Below are positions 42,545-54,013 of a stretch of DNA of 64,000 nt, piece after piece. A program made the position numbers and the translations under genes. This stretch comes from Methanotrichaceae archaeon. Lineage in GTDB: Archaea > Halobacteriota > Methanosarcinia > Methanotrichales > Methanotrichaceae. The stretch spans positions 1-64,000 of the forward strand of contig CAVVKN010000006.1 of NCBI GenBank assembly GCA_963748825.1. Direction: 5' to 3'. A model generated the notes under the pieces. That model ran no database searches, had not been told where the DNA came from, and saw only the letters and a list, made by a program, of their open reading frames with translations. Positions within the stretch are counted from its first letter, which is position 1, and each line of letters begins with the position of its first letter.

Positions 42545-42934
42545 TAATTATGAGGTAGCCTACAAAGCGATGTGCTGTTGCATTTCAGCATATTTCAGCA
42601 GAATTCGGCAGATATCTGGATTGCCGATAAACATATCATAATATTGGTCAGATTCCTTCAAAAACGCATATTATTGGATATTCAGTGATTTAAGCAATGA
42701 GTGTGGAGAAACAGGGCGTTATAACCAATAGGAAATTGATTGAAATTCTATATCCCTGTAGGCTCTCTCCGAGATTCCATGCCGAAATAAATAACGAAGC
42801 CGATGCATATTGATTATTCGGCGAACAAGGATTATGCTTGAATCTGCGGGTATCGGATTCAAGGAATATGGGCGATATGGGTTATCCCTGCTATTATTCC
42901 TTCTATAATTTTAATTTCCTTAGATACGGTTAAT

Positions 42935-44662
42935 CCCACATTTCGCATTAACACTCCAATCCATAATATTTTTTGCAGTCCTGCCCGAGTAGCTTTAGGA
43001 CCAAGTCCTGAGTCTCGCTCAGCTTTATCAGCCGGCGAATCACATGTTGGCCCTCGGTTACTATTATTAATGTTACTCTCATAAAAAGCTGGAATATCCA
43101 TCTCATGGTCGGTTTTTGAGTCGGTTTTTTGAGTTGATTTGGGACACTCTGCCCAGCCTCCTTTAGTTTTCTTCGAAGCTTCCACTCTGCATACGAATAA
43201 ATCAATAGGCAAAGGACCATAATCATTGCCAAGGCCTCGATACGTTCTTCTTTCTTAAGAAAAAATTCTGATGCGTGGAAACTTTTGTCTTTCAAGAAGC
43301 GGAAGCCTCTCTCTACCGCTTGCTGCCCTTTGTAATAGTTCAGCATGGTTTCAGAATCTAGATCCAAGTCATTGCTCGCGAGTACGAACCTGCCCAATTT
43401 TTGGCGTTCTCGGATTACAGATTCTTGATCAATTTCGAGATCAGCTTCAATCGCATACTGATAAATTCGCGCTTCATCCTTCTTCGGCCTACCCCTCTTT
43501 TTTTCTGCACGCTCTAAAATAGAAGAGGCCACCAGGTCTTTAAGCTTGAAAAGAGGATGATCCGAAACCCATTTCTTTGCCGCGGCTATGGCATCTGGTT
43601 CACAAGCGTACCGTTGACGTTTCAGAGAATTGAGATCTTTCTGGGCATCACCCATCTTTTTTTGAAGGTTTTTATCAAAGGTCTTCTCCTTTTGCGCCTG
43701 CATCTCCTGGGACCAGAAAACCGCAGCTTTCTGAGGAATGCCTCCATAATTCAGATATGTAGTATGGAACGCATAGCGTGGATCCGTTGCAGGTGTCATT
43801 TCCAGTTCTGCTGAGATCAAAGCCTTTGCTGCCCCTACAGTTTCAGGAATACGAGTGATCCAATGTAGATCTTTTCCCAGTAGCTTGAGATTTTCTTCAG
43901 AATAAATAGCGCTATCTGCGACCCAATAATTTGAATCATCGAAGGAAATGGACTCTCTCAGTCTCTGGATCATCTCTGGCAAACTTTTTTTATCAGATTT
44001 GTTTCCGGAGAACGACTGCATAAAAAGAGGAACTCCATGTTGATTCACGACCATTCCCAGAACGAAACGCTTAAGGTCCATTCGGTTATCTTTGGCATGG
44101 CCAAAAGTAATTTTAATTGAATCTGTTCCATCTGGAGCATCACCTTCATACTTTCCAAACATCGAGAAGTTTGTCGTATCCACATGTAGTAGATGCGTTT
44201 CCTCGGTCATTTTGTTCATGACTTGCAGAGCAAGCTCGTTAAACAGCTCCGTTGGACCATAGTCAAAAATTGCATCTAATGTTCGCGATAATGTGTCATC
44301 ATTCAGGTTAGATGGCGAAATGCCTTCTCCCAATAAACTCTCGGTAGGAAGACCTATGAAAAAATTGGAGTAAAAATAGAGACGAGATTCATTAAAACCC
44401 AGGCCATTCAGGGCCATTGCCTTTATAATTGCGGAATGACTGGCTTTATGATGTCTGGTTTTTGGGAGTGCGCGATCTATGACCTTACCTATACCAAGTT
44501 CATCAAAGATCCCTGCTACTATCCCAAAATGCTCGATGATATTTGTCGAGATATCCATGCCACTTCCCTTCATGGAAGCATATGGTTGAGCTATTAAAAA
44601 AGATTATCCATAAAAGTCAAGGGAAATTATGAAGTGTTCAAACCGTTAATGCGAAATGTGGG
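42935..44662 (-). mobile_element. IS1634-family IS (transposase 42948-44573)
   Basis: 18-bp TIR cccacatttcgcattaac, 6-bp TSD GTTAAT, motifs HVDTT, GHAKD, VADSA, YKGQQAVERGFRFLK. Confidence 0.92.
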
Positions 44663-44733
44663 GTTAATGGAAATAATGACCCATATGAGCCAGATTTGCT
44701 GATAAAGCTGCTAAAACCCATGTCTTAGTATAA

Positions 44734-44802
44734 TTCCGCAAAAAGTCTACATTTTCCCTATATTTAACTATATAATAGGGGAATTGTATACTTTTTTAGG
44801 AA
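44734..44802. repeat. ~70-bp imperfect palindrome, copy 3 (more diverged)
   Basis: ttccgcaaaaagtctacattttccc...ggggaattgtatacttttttaggaa. Confidence 0.75.
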
Positions 44803-44822
44803 ATCGTCCAGAGTAGGTTATA

Positions 44823-46730
44823 TCACTTCTCTTTCAAGCTCTTGCGTCCCATTTCTGTCAGAAAAACCTTTGAGATGGCATTGGGAAGGGCACAATCTAG
44901 AAATCCAGTGATATAGTGAAGGCAGGATACATCCACCCGAAAATATTTTAATCTTCAAGCGAAATGTACCCTGTGTGACCCTTCAATGACACAAATACAG
45001 CTTACCATGAAAAACTTTCCCTTCGTCGAACAGTTGAAAGCGATTTTCGAGGGATATTCGGACGATTACGAGTACACTTCGAATGGAATCTTCCGCAAAA
45101 TTAAACCACAATTATGTACTGATTGCGGGACTCCCATGAACCATAATGGCTTCAATAATCATACCAAGAGGCTACTCGGCGATGTTAAGATAGGCAAATA
45201 TCTGTGTCCCAATTGCAGCAAAAATATTGAGGAAGAACATGGGTTTTGGGAGAACGCTACGAGCGCATTTTTCGGATTATTTGGCGGTCTTTGTCAGCTC
45301 CTGAGGGTTAATCATGTCTCCCTGGAGGTAATCGAGAAAGTATCAAACTACATCTATCCGCGCAGCAAGGACACCATTTGCACGATGATCAAATCTGCGA
45401 CAGACAATATGGTGGTTCCCAATATCGAAGATGTTCAATTTGTTCACTATGATGAGCAACATCCCAAGACAGGTAGAAGTCAGAAATACCGACTAACTCT
45501 CCTCGATTATAGGACGAAACAAGTGATTGCAGATGAGTTATTCGACTCAAAAGATGGGGCAACCATCGAGGATTTCCTTCGAAGAAACCTCGACGTACAT
45601 AAACCTATATTTATAGTGACGGATCTTTATAGAGGCTATGATGAAATATTCAGGAAAATTTTTGGAAATCGAGTGGCCCATCAATTCTGTTTGTTTCATC
45701 AGGACAAGCTCATAGTCAATGATTTTCCGAAAAAGACAACAATCGAAGAAGAACTATTGAAATATAGAATATTAAATATATTTTATAATAGGACCGCAGA
45801 AATGCAATGGCTTTCATGTCTGATTGAAGAAGAGCAAGAGATGAAAAAACGAGGCGAAAAGACATACAAGGAATGGCTAGAAGAAGCACAGAAATGGTTT
45901 AAAAAGTTTGTTTATGGTTTGGAGAAGGAACGAAGAAGAAATCATAGGAATATGGAGACAAGAAGTTTATATGATGCTAAGAAAAATTTGGATGAATTAA
46001 TGAATGAAATAGGTGTATTTAAGATTATAATTCAAAAAAGATTAAAGCAAATCGAGAAGGATTGGCAACATCTTATGATCTTCCAATTATTCGATGGCGC
46101 TCCTGCAACCAATAATCCACTAGAAAATTATTATTCTTGTAGCTTGAAGACTCATAGAAAACAACAGCTAGAAGTCCCTGGAATCGAAGAACAAATGAAG
46201 CTTTCTCGTCTAAAAAGATGGGGAATGTTTGGAATACCACAAAAGACCTTGATCGAAGCATTCTTTGTCTTCATTCCTTTCATGGACTGGAAATGAAGGT
46301 TAGTTTATTTATATTATATTTTGTAAAAAAAACTTCTAGCTAAGGCTGCCGTCGGAAGTTAAAATTTTTAAAAATTATTTTTTAAAGTTAAGCTATTATT
46401 TAGAGAATACTATGATGTAGACACAACAATTTTAGTATGTGAGACAAAATTATACCAAACTTTGGTGGCAATAGGAAGATGTGTGCGATCATGGTATTGG
46501 AAAAGTTGAAAAATCACTCGATTTCTAGAAAGTGCCTTGGGAAGTGATAAACTCGATGGATAATCGCTGATCATAATGTCTACGTGCCCCGACTTCTTTA
46601 AGAGCTTCAGACGAGTTCCAAGTTCGGTTGCATCAAGCTTAAGGATCTCATTAACCTTGACAGGACTGATAGAGATCTTCGGGGACAGCTCATTGATCGC
46701 GTTAAGAATCGTTATATCCGTATCGTCCAT
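44823..46730 (-). pseudogene. wHTH protein gene interrupted by an IS
   Basis: Removing IS 44889-46536 and one TSD restores ...YPSSLSLPNAISKVFLTEMGRKSLKEK*. Confidence 0.75.
44889..46536 (+). mobile_element. ISNCY/ISH6-like DDE IS (transposase 44986-46296)
   Basis: 24-bp TIR ggcacaatctagaaatccagtgat (3 mismatches), 8-bp TSD TTGGGAAG, motifs YDE, VTD, CLFH, TNNPLE. Confidence 0.85.
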
Positions 46731-47046
46731 AAATCTTACCAGATAATATATGCATCTAATAAGATTTATAGTGTTGCCCTGGTATAATGCGAGAGCTTCC
46801 TCCTAAATCGCGATGAGAAACTTCGTGAATAGGTTACTCAGTTTTAAGATTAGCACAAGATAACAAGAAAATTGGATGCATAAAGAAAAAGGCGACTCAC
46901 TGTTTCACAATTTCTTTATTCAGAACGAATCACATTAAATCCTAAACTATTGACCTAACGAAAAATATTTAATTGAGTACACGATATGTATAAGTAGACC
47001 TCGCACAGTTCCGTATACATCTTACGGAACAATTGAGGGGTACTTA

Positions 47047-47328
47047 ATGGATGCAGAATTCATTCTGACTCTAGCGTCACAGTCATGGTTGAAATGGTTC
47101 AGTTGCCCGCATTGTGGCAGTGATTGTCCTACATCTAAAAATGGTCGCTGTACTGAATGCGATGAGCAATTGGTACTTGTAAAAAATCAAGCGGCTGGAA
47201 ACTATGATCTTAATGGTTTTTCAGGAAAATTGAATTCTCTAATTCCTCTGCAAACGGGATCGTCTTATTATTACCATAACCAGTGGAATCGATTAGTTAA
47301 CCCGATCATAGAAATAGATAATTCGTGA
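47047..47328 (+). CDS. Small Zn-ribbon hypothetical protein
   Basis: CPHC...CTEC. Confidence 0.5.
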   Translation: MDAEFILTLASQSWLKWFSCPHCGSDCPTSKNGRCTECDEQLVLVKNQAAGNYDLNGFSGKLNSLIPLQTGSSYYYHNQWNRLVNPIIEIDNS

Positions 47329-47367
47329 ATTAGATGAGGAAATCATCCGTATCCGGCTATTACATCC

Positions 47368-48937
47368 TCACAATTCAGAGAGTTGGGAATTGATCCGCTT
47401 GAAATCACCTAGTACAGCTGGGCTTAAATAAGCCTAATTTTAGGCAGCAAGTGCTCTCCCTCGATATGTCCATTTGAACGGCTTTGCCATTGTTTGGTTG
47501 AAGTACTCGACAAACGCCAAAACCTTTGCTTTCAAATCATTGATGGAAGCAAAGGAGGCTCGCCTGAGCAGCTTCCGGACTAAGATGCTAAACCATATTT
47601 CAACTTGGTTCATCCAAGAAGCGTGTATCGGCGTGTAGTGAAAGACGATAGAGTGGGATGGATCGGTCAAGAATGATTCACGAGTCTCGATCGACTGCAA
47701 AACACCGCTTTTGCCTTTGATTCCTAAGTCTATGTCCAACTCGGATATATCGGCCACATACCTCACGAGGGATTCTGATTTATGGATATTGAGGTTGTCA
47801 GCGACAAAGTGCCAGCGGGATGCGGATAAAGAGCTTTCAACCACCTCCTTGATATGCGATACGAAGTCATCTTCATTGCGCGTATCGCCGCAAGAAATGG
47901 TGTCAATCCGTCCGCTGGCTACCGCAAAGCTCACGATGAATGATTGAGTTCCATGCCTGACGTACTCAAACTCTCTTCGTTCCACTTTTCCTGGTGCCAT
48001 TGGCAATCCAGGGTGTTTGCGTTCGAGAGCTTGAACCCCCGTCATTTCATCGATGCTCATTACAACTTCACCTTTTTGAGCTAAATTCTGGGCTTGTTGG
48101 TACAATGAATTGATGTCGTCTACCTTTTCGTCAAACCGTTCGTCCGGCGCAGGTGTTAGCCAGTAGCGAATCAAGTGTGGTTGGAGACCCTTTTTTTTAA
48201 AATCCTGGCAGAATGACGAGCTGAAATCGTATCTACAATGCCCCGCTTCATTATTTCAGCTGCAATCTCACGGCTTGTCCATTGGCTAATTGGACGTCCA
48301 GATTCAGCAGGTTTCTCACAAGCCAGCTGTTGGATCTGACAAATCTGGTTTGCAGTTAAACGAGGTGGTGCTCCGGGTCTTGGCAGGTCATCCAAGCGTT
48401 CTTCAACACTCAGATCGTCCAAAGAAATCGGCTGCAAGTCCAGCCATCGTTGCCGCCATAATCGAGCAGTGTCCAAGGACACATCTAATTCATTAGCGAT
48501 TTCGCGATTATTTTTGCCAATCGCAGCCAGCAAAACAATCCGTGCTCGGATAACTTTTTGCTGCCCTGTAGTATACCGACGAACAAGCAATTCCAACTCT
48601 TGGCGCTCGACGTCGGTTAAGTTGATTGCTGATGGTTTCGGACCCGGCATTGATACTCCCCTGTTGCAGAGTATCTATCAATGATTATATATAAAACATT
48701 ATTGTTTGGTTTATATCAGCCCAGCTGTACTAGCAGCCTTATGCCTCGATCTGTTGTTTCGTATTCTATGTTCTTTCCCTGCCTAACCTCTATGAGGTTG
48801 TTTTTTATCAGCAGATCGATATAAGGATCTACTGTTCTGAAGTTGAGGTTTGCCTGATATACTATCCTTGTCTTATTTGCACCGTCTTTGCATATATCTA
48901 ATATCTCTGAGATAATCACATGTTTGCTTCTCTTCAT
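47368..48937 (-). pseudogene. wHTH (HTH_45-like) regulator interrupted by IS630
   Basis: MKRSKHVIISEILDIC...TTDRGIRLL rejoins GDFKRINSQLSEL* beyond the IS. Confidence 0.8.
47412..48730 (-). mobile_element. IS630-family IS, two ORFs joined by a -1 frameshift
   Basis: TIR gtacagctgggct, CTAG target with TA duplication, slippery A8G near 48190, motifs SIDE, ADNL, WMNQVE. Confidence 0.92.
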
Positions 48938-49370
48938 AATCTTCTTTCCCCTCTTGATGTTAGGTGCCGAGCTAAGTTCGATAGATACTTTCATTATCTC
49001 AGCAATATTGCTACGGTTGAGCAACGATTAAATACCTAGCGAATGTATCATCAGTAATCTTGTTATTATTATCGTAACTCATATTTATTTTAAAAAATAT
49101 TTTAAAAAGACATATACAATTTTTTTCAAACATTATCAACTACAAATGCTCAATGAGGTCGAAAAATTACAGCACTTTAATTAACACACACACACAAATT
49201 AATTAGAAATGATTATAAATGCTATTAACTTTGATGAACATATATAATAGATTATAATTTAAATTTGATGTTGATTGTCGCGACGAGACATCTGGTCTAG
49301 GATGCTATACCGCAGAATCCTTAATTGTTTTCATTGCACAAAGGTCGCATGTAGCGGTAATTTCTTCTAA

Positions 49371-50677
49371 GGGGTTGACGCAAAATAATTTACCTAAAAA
49401 TTCTTGATTCCGGCAAGGTTACACGCGGCTCAATTGAATAATTCCAATTAGGATGTAATTCATGAAATATAATTTTTAGTTCTGCCATATCTTCATCCGA
49501 TATCCTTTTTCCTTTTTCATAGTCTCTTTCATCCAAGCGAGCCTCTACTTTAAGTCCTTTCTTTGTCTTGGTTGCACCGATTAGCTTGATAATCGTTTCA
49601 TAGCTGGCCAACGGCTTTCCACGCCAATTCATGCTTATGAATGAGAACATGCAATGCTCAATCTTATTCCATTTGCTTGTCCCCGGCGGAAAATGACAGA
49701 CTGTTATTGTCACTCCAATTTTGTCCGCCAAATCCTGCAAAAAGAATTTCCAGCTTCTGTTTCGGCTTCCATTGCTTCCTCCTCCATCCGCACAGATAAG
49801 CAAATTTTTACATTCTACATAATTGTATTTTCCAATCATATTCCACCATTGTCGGATGCTTTCAACGGCGAACTCCGCAGTGTTATAGCTCTTGCCCACA
49901 TTAACCAAGCCATCATTTCGTTTGAGATCATAAATACCATAAGGTATCGCAGAGCCTATTGCTAACGATGGAAAATCATACACATTTACCTCTTCGGGAT
50001 CGCCTATTTGCCTCCAAGTTCTACCTGAGTTCTTAAAATCGCCAATGTTCTCTTTTTTCTTTGCGTCTACAGAAATTACAGGATCGCCATTATCTATGAA
50101 TTTGGCTGCCTGTGTATTAATATAACGAAACTGACTATCTCTCTCAGGAACTGATTTGCCTTCTAATGTTTTTTTATTGGCTTGAAGCGAATAGCCACTT
50201 TCTTTCAAGAGACGTCCTACCGTATCGTGGCTCACATCATGCCCTTTTAACTGTAGCTCTTCGGCTATGGCATAGGTCGATTTATATGTCCATTTAAGAA
50301 GGCTCATTGGATCGCCTGCCGTGCTTTCTTTCATGAGATCTTCCAGGTCACTCATAAGAGATGGGTCCGTGTTTTTAGCCTTCTTCCGTCCGCCACCTGG
50401 CTTGCGGAGCCTCTCCGGCGGCTTCAATTCATCTTCGTTCTCAAGCTCTTGAACGCCCTTATCGATGGTCTTTCTGGATAATCCAGTTATGGCAGAGACT
50501 TTTGAGACACCACCCCGACCGATCTCAAGGGCTTTGGCCGCTGCAAATCGCCTTGCTTGGACGGAATCAGCACCTGACATAGCTTTTAAAAAGGGTCCAT
50601 ATTTAGCATCGTCATCCATAATTATAAAGACAACGTTCTACAATATAAGTTTGTGCATTTTATTCTGCGTCAACTCC
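49371..50677 (-). mobile_element. ISAzo13-family IS (transposase 49390-50619)
   Basis: 18-bp TIR gg(g/a)gttgacgca(a/g)aataa, 3-bp TSD TAA, motifs SVDAKKKE, ADGGGSNG, SKWNKIEH. Confidence 0.92.
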
Positions 50678-51058
50678 TAAGTTACTTGATATAGAAGATG
50701 GGATCGGCATGTGATATTCGATTGCCTTTCTTAAAGTTTCCATTCCAAGTGGCTTAGTTAGAAAATCATCTGCACCAGCCGCAAGGCAGATCTCCCGATA
50801 ATTGTTTAAGGACGTTACAACTATGATTCTTGGATCTTGAAATCCTCTTCGCCGGATGCGTTTTGTCGCCTCTAATCCATCCATCTCTGGCATTTGAATA
50901 TCCATGAACACGATATTGTAGGAGTGACGTTCTAGGGCTTCAATTGCTTCGATTCCGTTTGTAACAAGATCTGCTTGATAACCAAGCTTATTGAGCATGG
51001 ACGAAGCAACCTTCTGGTCAATATCACTATCGTCCACTAGCAGAATGCTTAAGGACAT
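50660..51058 (-). CDS. Single-domain response regulator (receiver) whose 3' tail was replaced by the IS insertion
   Basis: LLVDD, FMDIQMPEMDG, LTKP; the original tail EEITATCDLCAMKTIKDSAV* lies at 49305-49367. Confidence 0.85.
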   Translation of the reverse strand: MSLSILLVDDSDIDQKVASSMLNKLGYQADLVTNGIEAIEALERHSYNIVFMDIQMPEMDGLEATKRIRRRGFQDPRIIVVTSLNNYREICLAAGADDFLTKPLGMETLRKAIEYHMPIPSSISSNLGVDAE

Positions 51059-51251
51059 TTCCCTCCCACCCAATTCTATATGATCAGTACTTTATATAAG
51101 AATCTTTTGTCTGTAATAATTTAATACTAATTCAACAATTAAATTTATCAAAATATATGCAGTTTATCGTTATCGTTTTAACTTTAAGAATATAAAAAAT
51201 CAATTCTATCTATTAATTATAATAGTAAATCTTTTGATATGTTATGACTAA

Positions 51252-52913
51252 CTTGACTTATCCAGATTAGAAGTTCCAGCTTATCTGAATGACCCTCCAA
51301 TGATCTCAACTAGATTATTTTTGGATTTTTAATAGTTTACAACACAATAAATATTTCATTAAGACTATGGAGAATATTATATTATTACGAAAGCAGCATT
51401 ATCCTTTAGGGCACCATGCAATCTCATGTCAATTATTTAACTAACGAGATTTAGCCCGATGGTGCGATATTTTTGCAGCCTCTCTTGCATTATGCCTCTT
51501 TTTGAGAAGATGAAGCACATCATTATTGCTGAATTGTTTCCTAGCAAAAGATTTTTCGTAGATTAGTTTTATATCCTGAACCGTCAACAGATCGGCAAAT
51601 TGACCGAACTCGATGCAGATGAACATCATCACCATCATAGAAAACATCGCCATCGTGATGTGATGATGCCATCCTAACCAGTTTCTGCCTTGGAAGTCGG
51701 CGAAGCCCGCAAGTCCCTTCTCATCTTCAAAAGCCCTTTCGATCCAATACCTGCTGCAGGACATCTGTGCAAATCTGTCAATAGTTGTGTCAAGTGGTGC
51801 ATTGGACAACTGATATTTTGTAGCCCCGTCACTATCATCTACCCTGATGATCAGCCATTGTTCTTTGCCAGGCAACTTGTCTTCAACCACATAGATACGC
51901 AAGCTGGCGATCCTAGACCACAATTCTCGTCGTTCAGTGTCTCGGACAAAAGTATGAACCCATTGAGAGGGATCAAGTTCGTCTTTGAGCGTCCTCACTT
52001 CAGTCGGAGATGGTTCATCATCCAGAACTCTCGATTCAGTAGGCATGCGACCACGGTTGCTTTTTCTTTCAGGTATTCCAACTCTTGGATGATTTAGCCA
52101 AACGCGAGTATCCGACGGAATATCTGCCATGTATACGATTCCATCCAAGTCAATGGCGTTAAGCAAAGATGATTGCCTTCCATAGAAGGTATCCATGCCA
52201 ACCCAGCCAAATTGAACTCCGTTGGATCGCGCTCCGCGAATCAGCTCAAGAGCAATTTCAGCCTTTGTCTTGAACTTCAGATCTTCGGGGATACCACATT
52301 CTTCTCTACGATATTGATCATTTGCCCAGTCTTCCGGAATATATAGCTCCGTATCAATAAGAGTACGCAGTGAGCCTTTTGTATAACCCAAACATACGGC
52401 TACCTGGCAGTTGTCCACTTTGCCAAGACGACCACAGTATTGGCGTTTAACTCCTACGGAATCTTCACCTTGCTTTGGGAAGCCGGTTTCATCTATGTGT
52501 ATCGCTCCATCTCGCGCATCGCCGATACGACCCATGACATCATGTTGAATTTGGGCAATCACAGGTCTGTATTCCCATGGTGATTGAGAGATAAAATACT
52601 GAAAACGACGAGCGCTGGCATCTGGAACATTATTTGCGTACTTGGTCATGTTGCCACGTCCTTGCTGAAGCAGCAATCCTTGTGCATATTTGGATGCTGT
52701 TGTTTCAACACTACGTGTCTTTGTTTCAAAGTAAGATTTATAACTTTCGTAAATTATAGAAAAATATATAAGAATTCTGGCCAGATTCTCTTCACTTAGC
52801 GCAAACTTCATTCATAGCCTCCTGAAATTAATGAATGAAGATTTATGTTTTGATAGCATAATTAAGTGCTTCTATTGAGGACTAACCGTAAGATGTAATC
52901 TGGATAAGTCAAG
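51252..52913 (-). mobile_element. IS701-family IS (transposase 51441-52811)
   Basis: TIR cttgacttatccagatta, 4-bp TSD CTAA, motifs IDETGFPKQG, QYCGRLGKVDNCQ, RYWIERAF. Confidence 0.92.
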
Positions 52914-53416
52914 CTAATTACTTCGGATATTTGATGCCAGCAAAGGCTTGATAAATAAGCAGTAGCATAGCATGCTTGAAATCCAAGCGGTTTGATAGGC
53001 GGGGTTGAGGAATTTGAATCTTATCATTATAGAATGATTAACCTTATTAAGGGAAAGAGAGATCAGATCCTAACTAAAATCAAAGCTGTCCTCGCGCGAC
53101 GTTAGACCTATGATTAATGCCTTTCCCAAGAATCCTCGTACTTCCGATCAAAGCCGTACCTGCTAATCATATGCATCTCCCAACGCCAAATCGATGCCTT
53201 TAGGAGGATTATTCTTATTTCATAATTAGATTTAAATAATATATTTTAATTTTAATAGTAAAAATACCATTATTAATAAGAGCTTACAGACATCTACGCC
53301 CAATTCCCCTGAAGGCTCTATCCCTTTCTATTTCCAAGTTAAAGAATAAAGGCCATCTAAATGTAGGATAAAATTATTTTATATTTAAAAAAAAAATAAA
53401 GGAATGCTAAGTTTCC

Positions 53417-53542
53417 CTAGCAGTCTATGCCTTCACAAGGTGCACGGATTCTTTCAGGCACTGGATTTTCATGGACCTTTATGGTCTTCTCCGCCTCGAA
53501 TGTTCCTGTGAACATCTCGTGGGCTTTGATATCCTTGTAGAA
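53417..53542 (-). pseudogene. C-terminal gene fragment
   Basis: FYKDIKAHEMFTGTFEAEKTIKVHENPVPERIRAPCEGIDC*, coding-like but with no upstream part. Confidence 0.35.
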
Positions 53543-53756
53543 TATCTATTATTTAAGTAATAATCTTGATGGTCTTAGAATTATGATAAGAGAAATAGTT
53601 CAGAGCGACAGAGTTTTGGATACAGGATTTATACTGGCAATAATTAAAAAATGTGTACGTGTTTAGCTCCCGGTCAATCATTCCTAAATTTACCACAAAA
53701 TGTTTTTAGACCAGAAAAATTAAATAATATTAGGATAATATCTCTTTATTAAGAGT

Positions 53757-53861
53757 ATGCACGAAGGAGAAACAATCAAGCAACCTCAAGATCGAATTGA
53801 AGAATTAGAGCGCGAAAATGAGTTGCTTAAGGCAAAAATCAGTGAGCTTGAAGCCCGACTA
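53757..53861 (+). pseudogene. IS66-type transposase N-terminal coiled-coil fragment
   Basis: MHEGETIKQPQDRIEELERENELLKAKISELEARL, cut exactly at the TIR starting at 53862. Confidence 0.5.
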
Positions 53862-54013
53862 GAACATGCTCAATATCATGTGGATATAGATTTAAACCAA
53901 GCCAATATACTAAAATTATAAATAGTAATAGTATCTAACATAAATATGTGAATGGAAGTATAGAGCAGGACGTATCGCACTTGAATGCCGACCATCTTGA
54001 TCTAAAGCATCTA

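Noticed and set aside
32771-44802. CRISPR array interpretation of the repeated palindromes
   Set aside because: Copies are kilobases apart, ~70 bp long, have no regular spacers, and there are no cas genes
49184-49196. (AC)n microsatellite
   Set aside because: Short, intergenic and with no evidence of function
52998-53020. tRNA-3'-end-like string (reverse complement gattcaaattcctcaaccccgcc) as a second att site
   Set aside because: No matching tRNA or partner repeat in the window and the stem spacing is imperfect
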